NCBI GenBank assembly: GCA_030433295.1
Contig: JAUIMJ010000001.1
Span: 1 to 55,510, forward strand
Origin: a bacterium
GTDB taxonomy: Bacteria; Bdellovibrionota_C; UBA2361; SZUA-149
DNA length: 55,510 nucleotides
Reading direction: 5' to 3'
In this document: positions 1-8,446 of the stretch, piece by piece
Numbering within the stretch: the first letter of the stretch is position 1
Layout of the letters: each line of letters starts with the position of its first letter
The notes under the pieces: generated by a model
What the model saw: only the letters and a program-made list of their open reading frames with translations
What the model was told of the DNA's origin: nothing
Database searches by the model: none
Program-made: the position numbers and the translations under genes

Positions 1-1104
1 CTCTGCGGTGCGAAGGGGATACCCTGGGAAACGGCTCTTGGTATCGTCTTCTGGTCGGGCGTTATCTTCATGCTCATTCTGCCGATCCGTGAAAAGATCG
101 TCAGAGCGATTCCCGACTCTCTGCGGCTTGCCGCTGCGGTGGGGATTGGTTTTTTTCTCGCAGTGATCGGCTTGCAGAAAGGGCAATTACTTGCGCCTCA
201 TGCGGAGACGATGGTCACCAGCGCGAAATTTGGACCTGAGAATGTTCTTTGCCTGATCGGCATTGGCGTCATCCTGATGCTGTATTCATTCCGTTTGAAG
301 GTGAAGGAAAAGAGCCTTGCTGTTTTTCGACCGATTTCCTTTCTCGGAGGAATGGCCGTCGTGACTGGTCTGTCTCTGTACTTTGGTCTGACCAAGGTGC
401 CGGAGACCTTTGTTGCCATGCCAGACGTAACCAGCGTGTTTCTCAAGGTCGATTTCCTTGGTTCGCTGTCCTGGGGCTTTCTCTCTGCGATGATTGCCCT
501 GCTGTTTACCGACTTGTTTGACTCCATGTCGACCTTTGTCGGTGTCGCGCGGGCTGCGAATCTCATGGAAGACGGACAACCAAAAAATCTGGGACGAGGG
601 CTCTTTGTTGATGCGCTCGCCACCCTGGTTGCCGGGCCAATCGGAACCTCTTCACTGACTACCTTTGCCGAGAGTGCAGGGGGCGTCGAAGCGGGGGCAC
701 GGACGGGATGGGCATCAGGCATTACTGCGATCTGCTTTGTGCCCTGCCTCTTTTTCGTACCGGTGCTTGGAATGGTTCCCAACTTTGCTTCGGCGTCGGT
801 GTTGATAGTCGTCGGCGCTCTGATGGTACGCTCGGTGACGCAACTCGACTCCGGAAAGATTGAGGAATTCGTTCCGGCGTTCGTTACTTTTACCCTGATA
901 CCCTGGACCTATTCGATTACGGACGGACTCCTCTGGGGCTTCATCGCTCACAGTGTGATGTTCGTTCTCGTCGGCCGGGGAAAGGATATCCGCTGGCTCA
1001 TGTGGGTACTGACTCTGTTGGCATTCGCTCTGCTGTTTATGAAGCACGGTGAAGTTTACTTCCCCGCCGTCGCTGAATTTCTGCCGGGTTTGAAAGCTAC
1101 CTAG
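1..1104 (+). CDS. NCS2-family nucleobase permease (adenine/guanine/hypoxanthine type), 5'-truncated by the window edge
   Basis: Frame 1 is open from nt 1, with no stop before the ORF-track Met at 70. Polytopic hydrophobic protein with AzgA/PurP-like segments (GIGFFLAVIGL, FAESAGGVEAGARTG, LIVVGALM). Confidence 0.75.
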   Translation, partial: LCGAKGIPWETALGIVFWSGVIFMLILPIREKIVRAIPDSLRLAAAVGIGFFLAVIGLQKGQLLAPHAETMVTSAKFGPENVLCLIGIGVILMLYSFRLKVKEKSLAVFRPISFLGGMAVVTGLSLYFGLTKVPETFVAMPDVTSVFLKVDFLGSLSWGFLSAMIALLFTDLFDSMSTFVGVARAANLMEDGQPKNLGRGLFVDALATLVAGPIGTSSLTTFAESAGGVEAGARTGWASGITAICFVPCLFFVPVLGMVPNFASASVLIVVGALMVRSVTQLDSGKIEEFVPAFVTFTLIPWTYSITDGLLWGFIAHSVMFVLVGRGKDIRWLMWVLTLLAFALLFMKHGEVYFPAVAEFLPGLKAT

Positions 1105-1211
1105 GACTGTAGCCACTGAAGAATCAAGGCGAGGGGTGAATGCGCTACACGGTGCACTCGAGGTTTTCTCACAGGTTACCTGTAGTGCTTCACCCTTCCT
1201 TTGAACGTTTC

Positions 1212-1958
1212 TTAGAGGATAGCAGGACGCTTCTTTCTGTTAAGTCCGCCACCAAGTAAACCCGCGCCAATGAGGATGAGTGTTCCTGGCTCCGGTACTT
1301 CTGTTCCATTTGAACGCCCGTGGATGTCACCTCGTGCCCAAATCGCCTGTGGCCCGAGATCCTGATGCATGGTGATTGCAGAACTGCTTTGGAGCCAGGT
1401 ATCAAAGACATAGCGTCCGTAGAGCTCAGAATCGAAGAGAAACAGGTTGCCATTTCCCAGATGCTCAACTTCTGAGCCATGAAATGTGGTAGCTTTTGCC
1501 ATTACTTCATAGGTGATGAGAAGTCCTGAGTCATCAGAGATAGAAACCGTGCCGGTGCTCTGTACTCCCATAGGTCCGAGTCCGTATATTCCTTCCGGGT
1601 CATTACCTTCCTGAAGTCCCTCAAAGGAAACCGAAAACGTTGCAGTGACGTTTTCACGGACCAGTCCGCCACCTCGAAGCAGGTCGGTGTTGGCGACGAC
1701 ATTTAAGACACCGGCTCCGATGCCGTCATTGTCCGCGTCGCTGAAAGAGAATTGTGCCTGAGCACCAGTGAAATCAATGAGGTAGGCCTTGTTGTAGTCC
1801 GAGGGAATGTTGTCGGTGAACAACCACTGCTTTCCGTTGGTTTCGTTGAAACCAAAATCCTGGCTGGTAGCACTTGCCTGGCCGACCGCACAAAGTGCTA
1901 TCGCACCGCATACGAGTGTGGTTCGGATAAATTGCGTAACTTTTGCTGCTGACATCAT
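1212..1958 (-). CDS. Secreted PEP-CTERM sorting-domain protein
   Basis: N-terminal signal peptide (LVCGAIALCAVGQASA). C-terminus is VPEPGTLILIGAGLLGGGLNRKKR, i.e. PEP motif, hydrophobic helix and basic tail, as in canonical PEP-CTERM. Confidence 0.8.
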   Translation of the reverse strand: MMSAAKVTQFIRTTLVCGAIALCAVGQASATSQDFGFNETNGKQWLFTDNIPSDYNKAYLIDFTGAQAQFSFSDADNDGIGAGVLNVVANTDLLRGGGLVRENVTATFSVSFEGLQEGNDPEGIYGLGPMGVQSTGTVSISDDSGLLITYEVMAKATTFHGSEVEHLGNGNLFLFDSELYGRYVFDTWLQSSSAITMHQDLGPQAIWARGDIHGRSNGTEVPEPGTLILIGAGLLGGGLNRKKRPAIL

Positions 1959-2400
1959 TTTCTCGGTACTCCTGTATCTGATACTCCAATCCGGGTGTTA
2001 CAACCAGGCACCACAGAACGGCTTAACAGAATTCAAAGATCATCGGGCCCTGAGGCTTTGCGGATTGCTTAGGAACCGCATGCCGGACCATTCACGTCTA
2101 CTCATCCAGTGCCGGAACGGGGGTTCTTCATAAAAGATGTAAGTGCCCGAAAACGGGTGAAGTTCGACGGTTTTATGCGTGTCGATATCTGTAAGGACCG
2201 GAATAATGTGCTGTGCGTGTTCGGGCTTTACGAGGCGAGCAATATTGGATACCCCTTAGCCTTGCTACGTACTTGTTGTTTGTTCTTGCCCTCAACAAAT
2301 CAATATAGTTCGCTCACGGAAGGAAGTAACCTAAGCCCAATTGCGATATCGGCTCAGTATCCACCAAAATGTAACCTATGTTCGGTATTTCTCAGACGCC

Positions 2401-4524
2401 ATGAATCGTGCCCTCAATACACTTCTCCCTGCAGCATGGATCATCTCTGGGCTTTGTTTCGTCCTGATAAGCTCACAGCCGCGAGCGAGCTATTTTGGAT
2501 TTACACCTATACAGTGGATTGAGTCGGTTCGCTGTGATGAAAAGATCGCTACTGCGGGTGAGTATCCCCATGTGCGATTCCGCGAAGTGCGTGGTCACGG
2601 CAAAAAACATTTCGGGTATTGTCACGGAGCATTCACCCTTACCGAGGGAGACCGCGCAGTATTGGAGTATCAGGTTCTTCAACTGCGGCGCAGTTCCGAA
2701 GCTGCGGCAGAAGCTTCTGTGGAGCCGTCCGCCATCGGCATGAAGGCAAAGGTCAAGATCGCTATAGATTCTCCGGATGGCGCTCGACTGCATACGGCCT
2801 CACCTGTGAATACCGGTAATTCCTGGCGACGACTTGAGTTTGATGTGCAAACGCAAGGTGAGCACCGCATCCATCTCGTAAATAAAGAAACCGCCCCGGT
2901 CGTGTTGCGCATACGGGATAAAGTTGACAGCTTCAACACTGCCGGGCTGCACGAGAAGGTGAAGATTGTATTCGCAGGTCGCCTGGCCAGGTACGGCGTT
3001 CAGCTTGCCTTTGCCGTTCTCTCCTTTCTTCTCTTGCTTCGCGTCCAGTCACAGGCTGTTGTTGTTCGCTACCTGTTCTTCCTCATGCTTGCGGCATGTT
3101 GTTTTTATCGCGTGCATATGAGCTTTGCGATTGATGAGTGGGACCTCTTAATTCGTCTCTACAGTGAAGGGTCCTCATCTGCGCTCGTTACGCATAATGA
3201 GCATTTTATTCCTGTTTTTGTTCTCTTCTACTATTTGGAGTATCTGCTCTTCTCGGGAACCTATGCCTGGTATGTGCTCGTCTCGCTGATGCTGCACTCG
3301 TGCACGGCAATACTCGTTCAATCATTCGTGCGGAGGCTCCTGGGGGCTGGTGCCGGCGCAGAGAAGACCTCATACTGGGCTTCGGTGGTCTATCTGCTTT
3401 CCTGTCTGCATGCCGAATCCATACAATGGACCATTTGCCAGAGCACGTTGCCATTCATGATGTTTGGAATGCTGTCCCTGATATATTCCTGGGACTTTAT
3501 CATGGAGGGAGGCGGTCGAAGGCTCCTTGTGGCATGCCTGACGCTTCTGTTCGCACTGTTCTCCTTTGGCGCGGCCTTTATCCTATTGCTGCAAATTCCC
3601 ATGTTTATGCTCTACCAGTACTGGCTGCATCGCGAAGCGAAGGATTCGCGCCTTCTCGTGGACAGAGGGGTAAAACTCTTGCTTGGAATCGCAGTAGTCG
3701 GCGCTACTGCAGCAGTGCTGTACTGGCTCAAGCGTGAAGGCTTTGGTATTGGCGTCGACGATCTTAATCCGAACCCCCTGTCCGATATCCTTTCCTTTGC
3801 AGCAGTCGGGGCGCAGTTTGGTACGGTCCTGCGGGGGAGCGGGCTGTATCCTTTCGAGGGCTTCGGTCAGGTCGCAGCGGTCCTGCCCTTTGTTCCATCG
3901 CCGGCTCTTGTGGCTTTTTTGTGTGGCTCTCTGCTGAGTCTGCTGTTGCTGCTTCTTTATCGTAGGCAGTCTGTTGATGGAACCTCAGCACTACTGTTCT
4001 GGCTGTTCGGGCAGAGTTGCATTCTTATGCCCATCGCACTGGTAGCAATCGGCCGCGCGGGCTATGGTCTGCATCATTCGTATGTCCTGCGCTATCAGAG
4101 CCCGGCTGTGTTTGGCCTCTGTCTGCTTTTCATTCCGCTCCTGCATTTCCTTCTTAAGAAGTCAGAGGGCACGCAGGGGAATTGGCTGGGGAAGTGGACA
4201 CTAGCAGTGATTCCCGTACTCTTTCTTTTCTCTCAGCTTCATTTTCTTCGTGCGCATATTCTCTACACGTATAACGGGGCTCTACAGGAAACTTTTGTTG
4301 AGCAGCTTTCTTATTGGAATGCGATCAATGGTCGCCGCCCCCTCGATCCTGAGATTGCATTCGAAGGTGTGGGAACAGAGTATGAAGGTCTTCAACCTCT
4401 GTTTTATTGGGGACATCCCGGGAATACCGGAGCAATTCTTCCATTTGCGCATCCGGATACCATGCTGGATATTTTGGGAAATAATCCCTCACCCACCCTT
4501 GAGCAAATCTCACGCTCGGAGTAA
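2401..4524 (+). CDS. Large polytopic membrane protein of unknown function (N-terminal TM, ~190-aa soluble domain, multi-helix membrane core); possibly GT-C-like
   Basis: Long ORF with many hydrophobic helices. ATG at 2401 (MNRALNTLLPAAWIISGLCFVLI) is a more plausible start than 2341. An acidic DE pair follows early helices (FAIDEWDLLIRL). Confidence 0.6.
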   Translation: MNRALNTLLPAAWIISGLCFVLISSQPRASYFGFTPIQWIESVRCDEKIATAGEYPHVRFREVRGHGKKHFGYCHGAFTLTEGDRAVLEYQVLQLRRSSEAAAEASVEPSAIGMKAKVKIAIDSPDGARLHTASPVNTGNSWRRLEFDVQTQGEHRIHLVNKETAPVVLRIRDKVDSFNTAGLHEKVKIVFAGRLARYGVQLAFAVLSFLLLLRVQSQAVVVRYLFFLMLAACCFYRVHMSFAIDEWDLLIRLYSEGSSSALVTHNEHFIPVFVLFYYLEYLLFSGTYAWYVLVSLMLHSCTAILVQSFVRRLLGAGAGAEKTSYWASVVYLLSCLHAESIQWTICQSTLPFMMFGMLSLIYSWDFIMEGGGRRLLVACLTLLFALFSFGAAFILLLQIPMFMLYQYWLHREAKDSRLLVDRGVKLLLGIAVVGATAAVLYWLKREGFGIGVDDLNPNPLSDILSFAAVGAQFGTVLRGSGLYPFEGFGQVAAVLPFVPSPALVAFLCGSLLSLLLLLLYRRQSVDGTSALLFWLFGQSCILMPIALVAIGRAGYGLHHSYVLRYQSPAVFGLCLLFIPLLHFLLKKSEGTQGNWLGKWTLAVIPVLFLFSQLHFLRAHILYTYNGALQETFVEQLSYWNAINGRRPLDPEIAFEGVGTEYEGLQPLFYWGHPGNTGAILPFAHPDTMLDILGNNPSPTLEQISRSE

Positions 4525-4639
4525 TGTTCCCTGACACTCACTCGAGTGTGTGTGGGTCCCTGTGAAGTGAAAAGATATCGGAAAGAAGCCTTGAAGAATG
4601 AGTGCGTGCTGCAGATAAGCCATGCATTTCGGAGGAGCT

Positions 4640-5248
4640 ATGTCTGGAGCTAATTTTGAGAAGCTGTTACTGGCCTATTCTCAGTCGAGCAGCGAAGAGC
4701 ATGCCAGTGCAATTGAGGATGATATCTGGAAGCATTTCGGGCAGGAACTTGCGATCGTGGTGATCGATATGGCCGGGTTTTCATCGCTCTGTCTGCGCTA
4801 CGGTATAATCCATTATCTGGCGCTTATTCGCGAGCTGCAACAGGAAGTGAAGTTCGCTCTTGAGAGACACAAGGGGCGGCTGTTGAAGTTTGAAGCTGAC
4901 AACGCCTTTGCCAGTTTTGAGCTGCCCCAGGACGCAGTGTCCTTTCTTCTTGAACTGAATGCGATTTTTCGGGAACGAAATGCGGAGCGGGAAGAGCGGT
5001 ATCGTATCTTTCTTGCAAGCGGAATAGATTACGGACAGGTGCTCATACCAGAGCCCGGGGAGTTTTTTGGCAATACGGTGAATCGAGCGAGCAAGCTGGG
5101 TGAAGATTTAGCTCGAGCTGGGGAGATTCTAATCTCTGATGAAGCCTATGCCCATCTCGACGAAACATTACGTCCGGCCGTAGAACCCATAGACTTTCAG
5201 ATTTCCGGTATCTCTCTTAATGCCTGGCGAGTATCACAGGAGACATGA
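4640..5248 (+). CDS. Stand-alone class III adenylate/guanylate cyclase catalytic-domain protein (~202 aa)
   Basis: Motifs VVIDMAGFSSL, FEADNAFASF and GNTVNRASKL. GGAGG lies 4 nt upstream of the ATG at 4640. The stop overlaps the next start (ATGA at 5245-5248). Confidence 0.7.
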   Translation: MSGANFEKLLLAYSQSSSEEHASAIEDDIWKHFGQELAIVVIDMAGFSSLCLRYGIIHYLALIRELQQEVKFALERHKGRLLKFEADNAFASFELPQDAVSFLLELNAIFRERNAEREERYRIFLASGIDYGQVLIPEPGEFFGNTVNRASKLGEDLARAGEILISDEAYAHLDETLRPAVEPIDFQISGISLNAWRVSQET

Positions 5249-8178
5249 TTACCTCTCCTGCCTTCTCCGAAATCTTTGAACTGGCCCGCGATAGCGCCGC
5301 CCCGGGTGATTGGTCCCGCGCGGTATCCTATTCCCGAAGCAATGAGTTCTTTCTCGAGAAAGAGTCCACGGAGGCTATTCGGCTCAGAGTTATTGAACAG
5401 GGTCGGCCTCTGGGAATGACCTTGATGTTGGATCTGGAGGCTGGTGACTGGCAGATCGACTGCAGCTGCGCAGATGATCCCTGCGTGCACGTACTTTCGG
5501 CGGTAATAGCGCTGAAGAATGAGGTTAATCTGAAACGCAGCGGAGAGCAGGCCGGAGAGGGCACCTTGTCCTACCGGCTTGCACTCGATGATGGACGCCT
5601 GAGTATAGAGCGACGCTATCGTCGAGGGGGTTCGCTTACCTCCTTTCCCTACCGTCTCCAGGATTATGTCGGTGGCCTGCAGAGTGGGCGCTATGAGGGG
5701 CCCGCGATTCATCCTGCAAAGGAAGACTTTGACCTTGAGCGTTCCCTGTCTGCTGACGGAAGCCTGCAGCTTGAAAAAGTTGAGCAAGCGCTGCGGGCGC
5801 TGAAAGAGCTGCCTGAAATCGAACTTCCTGCTGAGGTGCAGAGTCTGTCTGCTGAACCTGTGCGCCCGAGAATCCTTGTAGCTGCCGAGGGCTCCGGGTA
5901 TCGGGTGAAGCGAGTTCCCCAGGACGACTGCACTGAATACCGCAATGGTGCAGTACTTCGGGATGGCGTGCTTAGCCCGTCCGGGCTCTTATCTCTTCCA
6001 CAGAAATTTTGGCGTGCCGAAGGCGTTTACTATGGAGCATCCGATGTAGGAGTTCTCTCCACTGAGGACCTACCTCTGCTCAGGCGCTTTGCTGAGGTTC
6101 AGATGACAGTAGACCTTCCCGAGTATCTGTCACTGTCTCCTGAAGTCACCTTTCATCTGGAGCGTCAGGAACGGGATCTGCACGTGACCCCCCACCTGGT
6201 CTATGGCAATCCGGTGGAGGCAAGACTCGTGGGAGAGTCGCTTGAGTATGCTCGTCCACGCGTTTTTGTTCAGCGAAATCTGTCACAGGAAAAAGCGCTG
6301 ATGCTGAAACTTCAGGATGAGCTGCATCTACGGGTAGGGCAGACGACGAGCTTTAGCGGTGAAGCTGCAGTAAAGCTTCGTGAGCAGTTAGAAGGATGGC
6401 AGCTTGAAGGCTCGGCGAAGACGTCATTCAGCAATATTGGTGTGCTCGAGCCTCAGGTAGTGATTTCGGAAGATGAGCTGCGCCTTGATTTCTTAACGCC
6501 GGACGAAGAGACCAAAGCCAGCGGTACGCGCGGCAGCGTCACTTTTGATACGGTCTGGGAGGCCTGGCAAAGCGCGAAACGCCTTGTTCCTCTTGCTAAT
6601 GGGCAATGGGCTGAGGTTCCCGGAGACTGGTTGTCTCGCTTTGCTCCCCAGATTACCCGCTATCTGGCACTGCGCGATGAGAGCTCCAGCGATCGCCTTT
6701 CTCAACGCAGGAAACTCATGCTCATTGAGCTTGGCGAGGAAATGGAAGTTTCTTTGCCTGAGGATTTGCAGGGACTGCGCGATCGCATGCTTTGTCTGAG
6801 CGAGGAGCCTGAGATTGCTCTGCCCGAGGGACTGGAGGCGGACTTGCGGCATTATCAGGTCTCGGGAGTAGCCTGGCTACAAACGCTGCAACGACTGTCG
6901 CTTGGAGCGGTTCTCGCTGATGACATGGGATTGGGGAAGACGCTACAGGCTATATGCGTACTCAAGCCGCGAAGCCTTGTCGTCTGTCCGACTAGTGTCA
7001 TCGATTCATGGATGGAGCAAATCGCAGGGTTTCGACCTGATTTACGGGTCTGTCGTTATCATGGAGGCCAGCGAAGCTTCGATGCGGAAGCTGATGTTGT
7101 GCTCACCAGCTATGCATTAATGCGTCTTGATGCGGAAGTGTTCTCAGAGCACTGGTCCGTTCTCGTCCTTGATGAATCGCAGAACATAAAGAATGCTGGA
7201 AGCGCGACCGCACAGGCAGCCTTTTCTTTGTCTGCCGATTTCAAGCTCGCGATTAGTGGCACGCCAATTGAGAATAACCTTGATGATCTCTGGAGTCAGT
7301 TCCATTTTGTCTTTCCGGAGCTGCTCGGTAAAAAGTCCTCTTTTGATAAGCAGTTTAAGACTCGCGCGACCGAGGAATCGGAAACAGCGAACCGACTGCT
7401 TTCGCGAAGGATTGCTCCCTTCATTCTGCGCCGTCGCAAGCAGGACGTTGAGAAAGAGTTACCGCCGAAGACTGAAGTCGTTCTTGCTTGTGATCTGGAT
7501 GAGCATGAGCGAAATCTGTACCAGGCAATCTATCTTTCATCAAAATCTGCAGTCATCAAAGCTCTTGGTCAAAAGGGGGGTATGGTTAAGGCGCTGGAAG
7601 CCTTGCTACGCCTGCGCCAGGTCTGTTGCCATCCGGCCTTATTGCCTGAGGAGAACGCGGCTACGTCCAGTAAACTGGAGCTATTGATTGAACGACTGCT
7701 GCTCTCCAAAGCCTCGGGCCATAGGTGTCTGGTCTTTTCGCAGTGGACATCCTGCCTTGATTTGATAGAGCAACGCCTGCCTGAACACGGTTTGTCATTT
7801 TTGCGTTTGGATGGTTCGACGAGGAATCGTCAGACGCATATCAATGCGTTTCAGCAAGAAGACGGGCCGGATCTTATGCTTCTGTCCTTGAAGGCCGGGG
7901 GGGTAGGGATTACGCTTACGGCGGCAGATCATGTGTATCTGTTTGATTCCTGGTGGAATCCCTCTGTTGAAGACCAGGCCGCAGACCGGGCTCATCGTAT
8001 CGGTCAGTCCCGGCCGGTGCTCGTACATCGCCTGATTGCCAGGAATTCCATTGAGGAAAATATCCTCGAGTTACAAAAAGCCAAGCGGGAACTGGCAGAG
8101 GACGTCCTTTCCGGCGCCGGTGCCGAGAAGTCGGTTAGTGTAAAAGATATTGAGTTCTTATTCTCCAGCGCGGGGTAG
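5245..8178 (+). CDS. SWIM zinc-finger / SNF2-family DEAD/DEAH-box helicase
   Basis: SWIM motif CSCADDPCVH. Helicase motif I LADDMGLGKTLQ, motif II LDESQNIKN, C-terminal SNF2 block LSLKAGGVGITLTAADHVYLFDSWWNPSVEDQAADRAHRIGQ. AGGAG precedes the ATG. Confidence 0.9.
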   Translation: MITSPAFSEIFELARDSAAPGDWSRAVSYSRSNEFFLEKESTEAIRLRVIEQGRPLGMTLMLDLEAGDWQIDCSCADDPCVHVLSAVIALKNEVNLKRSGEQAGEGTLSYRLALDDGRLSIERRYRRGGSLTSFPYRLQDYVGGLQSGRYEGPAIHPAKEDFDLERSLSADGSLQLEKVEQALRALKELPEIELPAEVQSLSAEPVRPRILVAAEGSGYRVKRVPQDDCTEYRNGAVLRDGVLSPSGLLSLPQKFWRAEGVYYGASDVGVLSTEDLPLLRRFAEVQMTVDLPEYLSLSPEVTFHLERQERDLHVTPHLVYGNPVEARLVGESLEYARPRVFVQRNLSQEKALMLKLQDELHLRVGQTTSFSGEAAVKLREQLEGWQLEGSAKTSFSNIGVLEPQVVISEDELRLDFLTPDEETKASGTRGSVTFDTVWEAWQSAKRLVPLANGQWAEVPGDWLSRFAPQITRYLALRDESSSDRLSQRRKLMLIELGEEMEVSLPEDLQGLRDRMLCLSEEPEIALPEGLEADLRHYQVSGVAWLQTLQRLSLGAVLADDMGLGKTLQAICVLKPRSLVVCPTSVIDSWMEQIAGFRPDLRVCRYHGGQRSFDAEADVVLTSYALMRLDAEVFSEHWSVLVLDESQNIKNAGSATAQAAFSLSADFKLAISGTPIENNLDDLWSQFHFVFPELLGKKSSFDKQFKTRATEESETANRLLSRRIAPFILRRRKQDVEKELPPKTEVVLACDLDEHERNLYQAIYLSSKSAVIKALGQKGGMVKALEALLRLRQVCCHPALLPEENAATSSKLELLIERLLLSKASGHRCLVFSQWTSCLDLIEQRLPEHGLSFLRLDGSTRNRQTHINAFQQEDGPDLMLLSLKAGGVGITLTAADHVYLFDSWWNPSVEDQAADRAHRIGQSRPVLVHRLIARNSIEENILELQKAKRELAEDVLSGAGAEKSVSVKDIEFLFSSAG

Positions 8179-8227
8179 AGCCGTCGTAAGATAAACAAGG
8201 TACGATTTTATCCTACGACGGCTCTAC
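8175..8227 (+). terminator. 14-bp perfect stem-loop overlapping the helicase stop codon (possible terminator or element arm)
   Basis: GTAGAGCCGTCGTA (8175-8188) pairs with TACGACGGCTCTAC (8214-8227), followed by a T-rich run (ttctcttttcc). The 25-nt loop is large for a classic intrinsic terminator. Confidence 0.35.
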
Positions 8228-8409
8228 TTCTCTTTTCCCACGCGGACGTATGTCCGCGCTCGGAAGCATTTTTCGCTTCGCTTTTTGAAAAATGCTCTGG
8301 GCCAGTCGCAGGATAAACAAGATACGATTCTATCCCACGACGGCTCTACTTCTCTTTTCCCGCACGGACGTATGTCCGCACCCGAACGCATTTTTCGCGG
8401 TGCTTTTTA
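8191..8409. repeat. Two ~97-nt direct repeat copies, 122-nt period, ~88% identical by hand alignment, each with internal hairpins
   Basis: Copy 1 is 8191-8287 and copy 2 is 8313-8409 (ataaacaag.tacgatt.tatcc.acgacggctctacttctcttttccc...ggacgtatgtccgc...gcatttttcgc...gcttttt). They lie between convergent genes. Confidence 0.75.
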
Positions 8410-8446
8410 GTACTGCCAGAGCACCTTCTCTACGTGGAATGTTTCG

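Noticed and set aside
198-1116. Minus-strand ORFs 198-782 and 715-1116 inside the permease gene
   Set aside because: They are antisense shadows of a clearly polytopic NCS2 permease and are Arg/Pro/Ser-rich.
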